A stretch of DNA of 64,000 bases from Podarcis liolepis (GCA_965112155.1 OZ218107.1); one strand, 5' to 3'. Counted from the stretch's first letter, positions 13,573 through 25,527 are shown. The notes: generated by a model from the sequence alone, not told the origin. Numbers and translations: made by a program.

Positions 13573-13589
13573 AGCACCCTCTTGTGGCA
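13573..13589 (-). promoter_or_regulatory. Candidate CTCF site
   Basis: Minus strand reads TGCCACAAGAGGGTGCT, close to the CTCF core CCAC-N-AGRGGGCGC. Confidence 0.45.
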
Positions 13590-14138
13590 AATGGCTCCTT
13601 AACTCCAGGAAGTGTAAACCAGCACTGAATATTTTAGAAAATCTGTGGCAAATGGGTGAAGGTAGATCAGGATTCTAATAGGTAGTGTTGTTTTCAGTTA
13701 CTGAGAATCAGCATCAAAGGAGACTAGGTAACAAAATGGAGCTTAAGAAGTTGGATCAAATGTATGTAAATCAAATGTACATAAAGCTGTGTTGGAGCTA
13801 TGATATCAAAAAGTATGGTAGACTTCACTAATAAAACAAGGTCTGTCTTGACAGTAAAGGCTGGTGTGATGGGAACTGCAGAGAGAGGGAGGAAAACACA
13901 GATTCATGCTACAAAAACCAGCAAGACAATGGTAAGCATGCTGTCCTGTAACTGCAACTTTGCATAGTGTGGTCACTCTCCATATGTATTGCACTGCTCT
14001 GTTCAAGCTGCCATTCTGAGCATCCTAAATCAGATGCATGGATGCCAGCTCCAGGGGGCTGAGCCGTTTTGCCCGCCCCATATTTTGGGGGTAGGTTCTG
14101 GGTCCCTCTGTGATAGGAATTTCGAGGTCTTAGATACA

Positions 14139-14846
14139 TGTTAAATGTTCATAAGTGTACCAACCAAGCACGTACATAGATCAGCACAGGAAGACCGACC
14201 TGAAACCATTTTGATTCCCAAAGTGAGCAAATGTTTTCTCTGCAAGGTCAAAGGAAAATGGAAAAGCCTCCCCATTGTCTTTTCCTTCACAAATCCTGCC
14301 TTAAGGGCACATTTAAGATATGGATAGGGTGTGAGCCTGTGACCTGGCCCAGGAACTAAGTATTTATCATTACAAAAGACTGGCCAGGCTCCCCAGGTAA
14401 TCCAATCAAGTAAGCAGGGTATCCAATCAAGTAACCTGCCAGACAGGAGATAAACAACGACAGGAGAAAAACAACATTCAAATTTCTGAGACCGCCTTTT
14501 CTGTGATGTAGGTGTGATGTATCTGGGGTGGTGGTCTTAGATTACACCCCTTCTGTGATGTATGTATGGTGTTTCTGGGGGTGGTCTTGATCTACAGGGT
14601 GGCAATTTCAAGAGACTATATAAGGCCTTGCACGCCATTTTTCTGGGTTCCTCCTCTCTCCTGTGGGTGAGGGGAGCACCCTGTTGCAACAGATCAATAA
14701 AGATCAGGCTTACTAGCTGCTTTGCTTCTCAATATTCTCTGGTTGGCCTCTGTTATTTTCTCCTACCAATAGGGAACCTATGTAAGGACTCTATATGGGC
14801 TCTTGGATTCCCCATAAGGGGAAAAAGGGCAGATTTTTTGTTTACA
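14139..14846 (+). mobile_element. Solo LTR (ERV-like); left boundary approximate
   Basis: TG...CA ends, imperfect TSD ataca/atacc, duplicated U3 repeats with CCAAT boxes, TATATAA 14617-14623, AATAAA 14696-14701. Confidence 0.75.
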
Positions 14847-15329
14847 ATACCTCCAATGTCCAAAGAGCACAGAGGCAAAGCATGGAGCTAACCACACGAC
14901 TGCTCCAGTAGTCAGCTCATTCTCCTCCTGCTATGGAGGGGAAGAAGGGTCGAGGCAGCCTCCCGCTGGTGGCAGCACCAAGTGGTGGAGGACAAGGAGC
15001 CACCGGCCATTGAAACCCTGTGGCCGCTGCATTTGGCTCTGCCCCTGGCTCCTCCCAACATCCTATCTTCGCACATGGGGTTCGTGACGTCACACGTTTG
15101 ACGTTGCCTTTCCCTATTAACCTCACAAGCTGGTGCCTCTGCTCAGACAATAAATGTCATTATTTCATGCTGAGATGCATATTTGGTGGGAGGGAGGCAT
15201 GCTGAGCAATCACTTAAAACTACAAAGGGGAATCCAAGATATTGTTACTCAGAACTGACATTTAGCAAAGTATAGTTTACTATTGTATTTAGTGCAAAAA
15301 AACACACAACCCACTAGTAATCACAAAAA

Positions 15330-15800
15330 AGGTTTCTCAAACACCAGTCATTCATGGAAATCCTAAGCTTACCCATATCATGCAGAATCTTTAAGAAGAT
15401 TATCTCTTTAGCAAGTGTGTAAGACAACACCATTTTTGTCTAATCCCATTCCATGGACTATTCTTTCGTATAAATATACGCTTGTCTTTATCTGATAGTA
15501 AATAACAAACCAAGTCATTTCCAGCCAAAACTCTACCTAGAAATCCAGACAGGTACCTGTTCCTAGGAGTCATATATAGTAACACATAACACACACTATT
15601 ATACAACATTCAACAACATTATTCAATAGCCTTTTAGGCACAACGCCCACACATTGATTTTTCCAGAATCATCAAGTATCATCTCTCCTGAACCAGTAGG
15701 CTGATGATAGTTTTAATGCAGAAGACAGTAAAGACCTTTCTGTTGTTCTGGTTGGGGAGAGGGATGCTAAATTGTACCAATGAGAGTTCCCGAACAAATT
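15330..15800 (-). mobile_element. Old RTE-X-like LINE C-terminal remnant
   Basis: ORF 15400..15609 (PRNRYLSGFL...YLLSDKD) resembles the C-terminus of the element at 46556-47609. Confidence 0.4.
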
Positions 15801-17069
15801 CCAATTTTAAGAATCGGCACTAATGAGAGAATTACATAAGACTTGAATGCAGAACTGACTGGAGTCTGCACAAAAAGTGCCACTCCCACTAGGTTAAGGG
15901 TGGGGAACTTGTAGCCATCCAGAAGTTGCTGGAATACCACTCCCAATAACTAGAAGTAATGAACAGCTAACATCTTAACTGTCCATACCATTGGCAAGAG
16001 TGACCTGGGCCCCAGTCTAACAAAATCTGGAAGGCCTCATGTTCCTTACCTCTGAACAAGACCTTACCTGCCCTTCCCACCCAAAGATTCTTCTACCATT
16101 TTCACTCTTAGTTTGGTACCTTAGGGCTCATGGTTTTAGGGGGTGAAGCTTAATTTTTGCAAATTTATTCAGTGAGGGGTCTTAAAAATCTGGTTTTGGG
16201 TGTGAGGACTTTCATCCCAGTGAGGGATGAAATTTAGAGCAGCAACTCATCCAAATTGGGTATGTATTCTTATGACAGAAAGGGTACCATAAATTTGTTT
16301 TGGAAATCTCAGGTTTCAAGATCTCAATTCAACTTTATAAACTGGGGAGATTTTTGTTCATTTTATATTCTAAAACAATTCCACATCTTTACAAGCTTTC
16401 CCCTCTTATACATTGATGTTACAGTCAAAGAACTAATATATTTCCATTATACTCCTTGGGCATGTGTTATTTCAAATGCAATTCAAAAGGGATTTGTCAT
16501 AAGTGTTGATTCATATGCTCAAAAATATATTTGAGTAGGAGGAATAGGCACCTAAATCACTCTAGTAATATGATCCGTGACTATGTGTTCTTTGAAACTA
16601 TCAGTACACTGGAAATGTCTACCATATGCCAAGACTGAAAGTTCCCCTCCAGCCACAGACTCTGCCTAGTTTACAGTCTCTTAGAAGGTTATGGTTTGAA
16701 TATACAGCATGGTGCATTCTAAACATCAGTGAAGAAATTTGATTTAAGTTTACAAAGCCACCAGCATGGTAAGGAACCTACTGATGGTGGCAAACATAAG
16801 GTAGGGTGTCCTAAAATGTCATTTGGCTAGACTTTCTAAATTTTATTTTAAGTATTAGCCTCCAAAAATGCTTAAGTACTAAAGGAACAAATGCCAAGAG
16901 ATGGGTTCTTAACTGTGAGTCTTCAGGTGCATTTATGAATCATCCTGATGATGGATAGACCACAATTAGAGCCAACAGGAGAAAAACTTTCAAAGAACTG
17001 GGAGAAGGGTCCATCACACATTCGTCATCTGTGATCTCTGGATTGGGTCAGTTTAAAAGCATAGGTGGG

Positions 17070-17250
17070 AAGGGGTGAGCACTCTGAACAGCATTCCCCG
17101 AGCATCACCCTCTGGAAATGACCATCCAAGTAGGACTGGAACCACTATAAAGCAGTGCCACCCACTCCTAACTCGAACAGCCACTCCAGAAGGATGCCAT
17201 GGTGAAAGCCATTGAGAGGTCGAGGAGAATTAACAAGGACATATTTCCCT
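17070..17250 (-). mobile_element. L2 LINE RT remnant
   Basis: Translates as HGILLEWLFELGVGGTAL*WFQSYLDGHFQRVMLG. Confidence 0.7.
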
Positions 17251-17376
17251 TCTCTCTCTCCTGACAGAGGATATCATACAGGGCAAAAGTTCAAAAAAGA
17301 TGTGAAATCATTCTAATAGGCTGCCTATCCCTGTTATCCAGTTGTATCAGCTTAACGCCAAATTATGTGGGCAAGA

Positions 17377-17842
17377 CCTAGGACCCACATACCTACGGGA
17401 CCACCTCTCCTGGTATGCCCCGCAGAGGACCTTAAGGTTCACAAAAAACAACACTTTGGAGGTCCCAGGTCGCAAGGTGGTTAGATTGGTCTCAACTAGG
17501 GCCAGGGCCTTTTCAGCACTGGCCCCGACTTGGTGGAACACTCTGTCACAGGACCTGCGGGACTTGACATATTTCTGCAGGGCCTGCAAGACAGAGCTGT
17601 TCCGTCTGGCCTTTAGTTTGGACTCAGTCTGACCCTTATGTTTCCCTCCCCTTATGGTCTTGATCTATCAACTACTTTTAAAATGAGGCATTTTAACCTG
17701 TATTTTAAATTGCCCCCCCCCATTATGTTTTTACTGTGATTTTATTGGTGTTAGCCTCCCTGAGCCCGGCTCTGGCCGGGGAGGGCAGGGTATAAATAAA
17801 AAATATTATTTAATTATTATTATTATTATTATTATTATTATT
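17377..17842 (+). mobile_element. L2 LINE 3' end
   Basis: GPTYLRDHLSWYAPQRTLR...RAFSALAPTWWNTL, 3' stem-loop and (TAT)n tail. Confidence 0.85.
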
Positions 17843-18700
17843 TCTTTACATAGCTAATTATACTCGGTAGTTAACAGTCAGCAACAGGTTTACCACACCT
17901 ATCAGCCAATCACCCATTCCCACCACCCTTGTGAGTAATACTCTCTCACTATATATTTGTGAGGACAACTATATGTTTGTGAGGACAAACAAGATCATGA
18001 AAGAATTGCTATACTCCTATTGTTTAGCTGCCATAATAAGACAGAAGACTCCTTCTGGCACATCATATAGTGGCTATTTAAACGTAATTGAAAAACTGGG
18101 ACTGAAGAATTACCACCTTAAAAAGTGAATTTATATTCAACTCATTTTTTTGTCAGAGCACAGGAGTTGGTAGCATCGTTAAAACAGTTTGGGGTTGTGT
18201 AGGAGTTCCACCTCTTAATATTGAGCCAATTATTCATCAGAAAAGAAAGAAGGCTTCTTGTAGCAGCAATTTTGTGATTACCTCCTGTGCACTGAGTCAT
18301 TCTACCCTCTAGCTCTTACTGGCTCTGAACAGAACCGGAGACATCCATTATTTTAGATGCCTGCTGTGCTCCCAGGATGGAGCTCGATGCTGAAATGTGG
18401 CTAGGAGCTCCTGGAGCTGAGTCAATTTCACCTGACCTTCTCAGAAGCTGCTTCTGGGAAGCATCGTAAGGGAACCTTGCCTAAACTAACCCCAGAATTA
18501 CTCTATATACTCCACTGTTATTCCACATGGGCAGGAGATAGAGCATTCCCATCTTCATTTTAGAATTTTTAGTTTTCTAATGGTTAGTCACTCACTAACT
18601 AAAGTAAGGAAACTTACTTTTAAACAAACAGTCCTGAACCCCTGGCCTACCTGACAGTAAGTCTGTATGTCAGGTCCCCAGTCCGGGATCGATCAACGTG

Positions 18701-19372
18701 TTCTTATTCTTATTATTATTTGGCGTTCACTCATAGCCAAGTAAGATTGGCTTCCATGAACACGGTCTTAACAGTGAGTCCATAAGTGACTGTGGAGGCT
18801 AATTCTGGATCCACACATCCTTCCACAGTGGGGACATAGGTTTCCAGGTGGGAGTTGATCATGGTGACAGGGTTTGCCAAGCGTGCCTTCCTCTTAGCAC
18901 GTTTCTCCCTTTCATCCAGAGTTTGAGCGTCTTCAAAGTCCATGACACCTTCGGTAAAGGCTGTTCTCCAATTGGAGCACTCATAGGCCAGTGTTTCCCA
19001 GCATAGCTGTCAACTTTCAGATTTGAAAATAAGGGATCAGCAGCCTCACCTGTCCTGGGGACAGTCTACGGAATATCTAACAATCCAGGATAGTAGCAGA
19101 AAGCAGCAGGAAACAGCGCTGGAATAAGGGAATTTACCGCAAAAAAAGGGGAAGGTTGACAGCTATGGTTTCCCAGTTGTCGGTGTTTATACTATTTATT
19201 TTATTTTATTTTTGCCTTGAAAGAGTCTTTGAACGTCTTCTGTTGACCACCAGCATTATGCTTACCATTTTAAAGTTCAGAATAGACTAGTTGCTTTGGA
19301 AGACGATAATCAGGCATCCGCACAACATGACCAGTCCAACGATGTTGATGTTGAAGAATCATTGCTTCAACG
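18701..19372 (-). mobile_element. RTE-clade LINE 3' fragment, interrupted by a MITE
   Basis: RWTGHVVRMPDYRLPKQ...EREKRAKRKARLANP; homologous to 10569-10913. Confidence 0.87.
19002..19167. mobile_element. MITE with 13-bp TIR and 9-bp TSD
   Basis: TIR catagctgtcaac/gttgacagctatg; TSD gtttcccag (18993-19001, 19168-19176), single-copy in the uninterrupted RTE paralog. Confidence 0.88.
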
Positions 19373-19862
19373 CGTGTCCAAAGTCCATAGTAAAGCACAG
19401 TCCCATAGAGATCCTGGAACACCCAAGCTGAAGTATAAACATGGTCAGTTGAGAAGACCCAGCACCTCAGTTCTGCTTCCCTTTTATACTTTGTGTGCTG
19501 ATTGCAGCATCTGGGCTTGATAGCAGGTGACCCTCACCTGTTCTGAGCCTACACCAGCTGAGGAATCACACACCTCCTCCCAGAGTTAGCAAGCCCCACC
19601 TGGCTCTTGGCTGGCACGCCCATCCCACTGCTCCCTATGCCTCAGAACTTGCTGTGTTCATGGAGACAGGAGCCCTTTTGGCTCTGGTGATGGGTCCTGC
19701 TGCTCTGGTTTCTGTGCCCTGGCCCCCATCCCCTTGTCATATTCTGTCACCCCATGAGAACCTCCTACACCAACCTCTCCTTCCTCATGCCCAGCTTGCC
19801 CTGCTGTGTCACAGTCCTCACTGGGATCCTCTTCCTCCTCCCTGTCATCCAGCCAGATTATG

Positions 19863-20468
19863 TGTGCTGGTCCCGGGGGGGGGGTTTAACCGTGTGGCAT
19901 GGTCTAAGTCCGGTCCTAGATCAAGGGTAAGGAGGCTGTCCGTCAGGGGCGAAGCGAGGTCCAAAGCGAGGAGTCAGGTGTGGTCAGGAACTCTGGCAGG
20001 AGAGCAGGTCAGGGTGCTGGCAAGAACAGGTTACCAACGATGTTGCTCCCGCAACCTGGGACTGGGCTGACTGGCCTTTATCTCCTCTGATACATAGGGC
20101 GGTCCCAGCCCACAGGTGACTCCCCTCAGCTGGCCTTATGGAAAGCACTCCTGTGAGAACTTAGTTCCCTCCGCCTCTCTGCCCTGAGCCTCTGCAGCTC
20201 AGGAGAGGCTGGAGGGTTACTGGACCCAGAGGCAATCTCACCTTCCCCTGACAGGGCTGGGAGAGGAGCACCTGCAGGCAATGGGTCCTTGATCACCTCC
20301 GGAGCCAGAGCGGATTCAGCTGGTGTCTGCTCCTGAGGATCCGGCACAGGTGAGGGCCTTTCAGGTTCAAGCCCCTGCCCCAGCTCAGCCGGCCCTGGAG
20401 GTGGGGACTCCTGTGCAGGCTGGGATTCCTCAGGTTCAGCCTCCGAATCGGATTCCCAGGCCATCACA
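19863..20468 (-). mobile_element. Gypsy-like solo LTR (inner), 606 bp
   Basis: TGTG...CACA termini; perfect 5-bp TSD ttatg (19858-19862, 20469-20473). Confidence 0.82.
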
Positions 20469-20723
20469 TTATGACACAAACGAACACAAACCTTGTTCTT
20501 TGCATAGCTATCACTGATGAGGAAAGTACCAAAAGGGTTCTATCCAATGCTATGCAAATAGAACTCATTTTCCCTCCAAAATCTGCTCCAGATGATCCTC
20601 AAAATACTCCAGAGTTGATTTTGAGAGCACATAGGTGGCTGGAAGGGAGAGGAAAAATCCCACTGCATGTTTGGATATCGGTTGCATCAGTAGAGCGGCA
20701 GTGTTGCATATAGCTCAAAGTTT

Positions 20724-21258
20724 AGGTAAAGGTAAAGGGACCCCTGACCATTAGGTCCAGTCGTGACCGACACTGGGGTTGCGGCGCTCATCTCGCTTTA
20801 TTAGCCAAGGGAGCCGGCGTACAGCTTCCGGGTCATGTGGCCAGCATGACTAAGCCGCTTCTGGCGAACCAGAGCAGCGCACAGAAACGCTGTTTACCTT
20901 CCCGCCGGAGCGGTATCTATTTATCTATTTACCTTTGGCAATCCTCACAGAACTCTAGCCCAATGGTTGCCATTAATCTGATTGGAATTAATTTTATAAT
21001 GAAATAATTTTTTAGTTTATCATTTTACTGTTGTTAGCCACTCTGAGCCCGGCTTCAGCTGGGGAGGGCGGGATATAAATAAAATTTATTATTATTATTA
21101 TTATCTACTTGCACTTTAACGCGCTTTCGAACTGCTAGGTTGGCAGGAGCTGGGACCGAGCAACGAGAGCTCACCCCATCGCGGGGATTCAAACCGCCGA
21201 CTTTCTGATCAGCAAGTCCTAGGCTCTATGGTTTAACCCACAGCGCCACCCGCGTCCC
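20724..21258 (-). mobile_element. Sauria SINE interrupted by an L2 3' tail
   Basis: Full SINE with TSD gctcaaag; insert at 20928-21100. Confidence 0.9.
20928..21100 (+). mobile_element. L2 LINE 3'-UTR/tail inserted in the SINE
   Basis: Ends gttagccactctgagcccggc...ggggagggcgggatataaataaa(tta)n, like 17377-17842; TSD ttatcta. Confidence 0.8.
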
Positions 21259-21414
21259 TTTGCTCAAAGGTTAGCATCCTACAAACTCATAAACCTGCTG
21301 AAATAATGTTGGGGAACCTTCAGCCCAGGGAATGAAAACAGCCCTTCAGAGGATTATATTATGAGGCATCTTTTCTGTGCTAGTTGAAGGAATAGTTGAT
21401 ATTGAAAAATCCAT

Positions 21415-22010
21415 ATATTTTAGATCTTGAAGGTCATGAAAATATTTTTGGTTGGCATGCTTATCTGTGGTATGGTATGAAAAAGCGAAAGTGCACAAAG
21501 GATTTGCAAACCATATACACAGGGGGGAAAAATGTATAGAGTTTGGGATAAATACAAAAACCTATTGGAGACGAAACCACCACTCTGGCTCTCACCATTA
21601 GAAGCCATAGTGATAAAGAAAAAATATATAATGGAAGGATGAGTAACTTATAGAAATTTATTAAGAGAGGACAGAGGAGAATATAAAAAGTATTTAAAGA
21701 ATTAACAACATGGATGCAATACCACCCACTTGAATGAAGTATTTAAAAAAATATGAAACAAGGGTTTGGAGAACGATCATCATGTTTGGAAAGAGAACTG
21801 TTGGAATATAATGTTAAAGTGCTGTCCAAAATATATAAGATATTATTGGAATGGGAAACAAAGGATAAATAAGGAAAATCTTCAATGATACATTGGGCAA
21901 TTGATGTAGGTCATAACACAGATATAGACACATGGGAGCAACTGGAATATGGATATAAAATTTACTGCATGTTATAGTATAAGGGAAAACTATATGAAAA
22001 TGTTATACCA
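21415..22010 (+). mobile_element. L1/Tx1-like LINE remnant
   Basis: A-rich strand; LEGHENIFGWHAYLWY and YSIRENYMKMLY motifs resemble post-RT squamate L1/Tx1. Confidence 0.6.
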
Positions 22011-22748
22011 GCTTGCATACCTTTTTAAAAAGCTAACTTTGTTGCCACCAGTTTCCTTCATGGCCTTGAATGATTTCCTCCTCTTCTGCAAATGCATGTC
22101 ATTACAGAATTATCCAGAGGCATTGTGTGAGTGCCTAACACACCAGTTTCAGAGCTACAGTTTTATTTGCTTGATGTGTTCCCAATTTTTTTCCAGACAA
22201 AGCTGTCAGTCACAGATTTCTGAGCTCATGAACCCAGCTGCCAGGAAGCCGACATTCTAACAATGAGTTTAATATACCCTTGAACAATTTCCCTTTGAAA
22301 TAACCAGATTTGAGACAAACGGTTGTTTTTTATTCCAGTGTTTGCCCCCAAATCTCACAGTGCAATCAAGGTTCAAGAACATGTCTTAAACAGGTGAATA
22401 AACTAATAATATCTCAATTGGAAATCCTGTCTTGAGTCTCCCACCCAGTTGACTGGATAAGCCTGTCAAAACCTACTGGTTTTGATGTTAGGTGTTTAAT
22501 ACTTCTAGTTATTGGAGGTGGCATGCTGCTGTAATGCAGGTGTCAGGAGAATGCTGTCGCAGTCATGTCCTGCTTGTGGGCTTGCAACAGGCATCTACTT
22601 GGCCAGAGAGCAGGATGTTTGTTGTCTCCTAGCTTATTCACTGAGTAAGTGCCCTCAACAAGAGCTTACTATAAAGGTAGGCTGATGCCAAGTTGTGAAG
22701 ACTTTATAAGTCAACCTCAGCACTTTGAACTGTGTTTAGTAAAGGCAG

Positions 22749-23092
22749 TGTGGCAATCACACACGGTCCCCGGACATTTGACGGTCTATTGATCCCTGTG
22801 CCACTACTGTGCTCGCTTCCCCGCTGCCACCAACTCGTTATTCTCGGGTACACACTGAGTCCAGACAGCTGTTAAAATTAAATCAAATAAACAAGTTTAT
22901 TTTGTAAGCATTAACAAGTATGGTTTCTCAGTTGATTTTCTCGTCAGTTTCTTATCCTTAGTTTCTTTACCGGCCTATACCTTCCTAATACCTTCTGACT
23001 GATTATCTCAACTTAACAGTTTCTCTCACTCTCTCACCTCAGACTAGCCCAGAAGTATCATTATTTAGCCAATTGCTGATCGGGTTGTGACA
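22749..23092. mobile_element. Short solo LTR (344 bp)
   Basis: TGT...ACA termini; near-perfect 5-bp TSD ggcag/agcag; CpG-retaining. Confidence 0.6.
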
Positions 23093-25476
23093 AGCAGAAA
23101 GGCAACGCTTTACCCCTTCCCCAGAGCTTCATTTAGATAGTTCTGAAAGAGCCATTTAAGAGTCAAGCAGTAATAGCATCTTGAGCATTAATCAATAGTA
23201 TAATAGTCAAGCGAGTCAATAATGAACAGCTAGTGAAGTATTTGAGATACTTCAGCTGCTCTCTCACTTAGTTCTAGCCATTGTGAAGAAGTCACTTGCA
23301 GTCCTTCACAGAAATGATGCCAATCTACATGGGTGGAGTCAAATGCTTCTATTACTCCTCAGGCAAATGGCTATGGTCCTAACTGCACAGAACCTGTCAG
23401 TCCCTTTGGACTAACAGCAATCAATCCTTATTTGTATTGAGGGCACCCTGCATGCTCAATTAACATGCCTGTCACTGACAGAAGGGATACTATCGCTCCA
23501 AGCAGCTCTCATTTTGGAACTTGCCTGTTTGGGTTAACAGCAACTTTCTATTTATAAGCTCTGCTTCTAGCACAAGGACTTTCAGAGAGCTGCACCGCAG
23601 TACACTAAGGATTTGCAAAGCTACTTGAATTTGTGTTATAAGCTAGTCAATTTTTTAAGAGCACAAGGCAAGTAAAGTTGATCTGGCTTAAAAGACCATA
23701 CTCAAGATGCTCATCAGTGAAATGAAGACCAAAGTTGTCTTCACTGTTATTCCCCCCCCCCCGGCTTGGGGATCTGAACAAGTTCTTCACTATAAAGACA
23801 ATATGAAGCATTACTTAGAAATACCATGTTGATGCCGGACACATACACACCCAGCCACAACCACAATCAAATAAAACCACTATATCTAGATGGGTGAAAA
23901 TCAAAGCAAAACAATGAACATACAGGGTTGTATCTAACAATGTGTAAGCTGCATTTTGTTCATGCACCGAGACTTCCCCAACCTCTTCTTTCACTGCCCA
24001 CCCCCACAAAAAGCTGCTTCTAACCCTCTGGAGCAGATTTTGAGTATGCAGAGGGGCTAATGTTCAATTATGCAAGTGGCAGTCTGTTCCAAAAGCAGAT
24101 TGCTGTGCTGGATACCACCCACAGATGTGAAATAAAGCATCCAGAAATCAACCCTCATCTTAGGTTTATTTATTTACACACACACATGCATACACACACT
24201 TTAAAAAAATGAATTCTGTCTGAATAATTGCTTTTCCAGTCACTGCTATTGCAGGAAACAAATTCAGGTCAGGTGTTTGCCAACTAAAGCCCTGTGGGGA
24301 TAAATAGAATACTCCTGGGGACTGCTTGTCAGACAGCTTTTGTTTCTAGGAGAAGCAAATTGTGTTCAAAGGCTGCTACCTTCTTCAGATTGTCTCTCTC
24401 GTTTTAAGGGTGTTTATTACAGCTGCATTAATTCCAAATTGGCCATTAGCATTCTACCGCATGATTGTTCCAGCATCGCACAAAGTACATGACACAGAAT
24501 GCCAGAATGTTCTGCAGCAGACGTATGTGCTTATAGTCACATCCTAGTAGTAGAGTGTGGCTTTGACACTAGTGGCAACTGAAATATTTAAAAAGCCCAA
24601 AGGATAACTGATGGTGGTGTGGTCATTCAGGGAATTTCAATTCCCTGTTGACCCTCATTTTAGAGAATAGTTGATGTGAAATCAGTGAGTAGCATTAGTG
24701 AGCAAGAAATACACTTAGGAAAGTTAAGTTATTGTGGGGAAAGAAGTCATTTTCATGTTGCAACTACTGAATCATGGCACTGTCTTGCTCTTTCCAAAAA
24801 TGCTCCCTGCCTCAAGCACAATCTCTCTTGCTGCAGAGGAACAGCACAACTTCCTCAGGGGGCTGTGAGCCTCAAAAAACCTTCCTCATCCTGGTGCAGT
24901 GATTAAATATGTAGCTTAGTTCTCTGCCTAGGCTTTTTTTGGACACACGAGGATATATTTTTAGCAGCACAGAAGTGAATTCAGAACAAGATTCCCAGCT
25001 GGAAAAAGGCACTGGATTTTTCAGAAATTCAGTTGCTTTCAGTCTTGTCCTCAGCATGCATTTACAACAAATATAGCTAAGCGCAAAAGATATGAAGACT
25101 AATTTAGGAATTATCTTGACCCATCTGATTTCCATTCAGTAAAGTCTTATAATTGAAACATTTCTTCTTTTTATAGGAGGGTAGATCTATCAAAAGCAAA
25201 TAGCCAAAGTGGTTTGATCTCATTGGGGGTCTGAGCTTACGTAAGGACTAGATGGGTTTTAAAAGGGGTGAATTGCACCGAGTTGTTCAGTGGAACCAGA
25301 TTTAGGAAGCTTTGTTCCTACACAGAAAGCTCTACTAAAATCTACTGACAGATAGAAGCTGGTTTCCAAAGAACTATCCATCTATATTTTATCCTTTGGT
25401 TAAGCCTACACCAATAGCAATTAACCAAAATTAGTATGACTGATACAATGAGAAACTTATCACCAAGTAAAACATC

Positions 25477-25527
25477 AGGAAGTTGTCAGCATAAATATAA
25501 ATATATTAGGAAGTTGTCAGCATAAAT
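25477..25527. repeat. 20-bp direct repeat aggaagttgtcagcataaat x2 with 11-bp spacer
   Basis: Exact copies at 25477-25496 and 25508-25527. Confidence 0.9.

Larger units (their letters stand above)
18668..20476 (-). mobile_element. Gypsy-like solo LTR (outer), split by an RTE LINE and a second LTR
   Basis: TGTCA...TGACA inverted termini once the inserts are removed; TATAAAA at 19488-19482; no TSD recovered. Confidence 0.6.

Noticed and set aside
16210-16232. Hairpin tttcatccc-agtga-gggatgaaa with a CAGTG loop (IRE-like)
   Set aside because: It lacks the unpaired C five bases before the loop, has the wrong loop register, and is not in a known transcript.
18151-18656. TGTCAG...CTGACA block as a third LTR
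   Set aside because: There is no TSD and no clear TATA or poly(A) signal, so it is mentioned only as a possibility and not listed as a feature.
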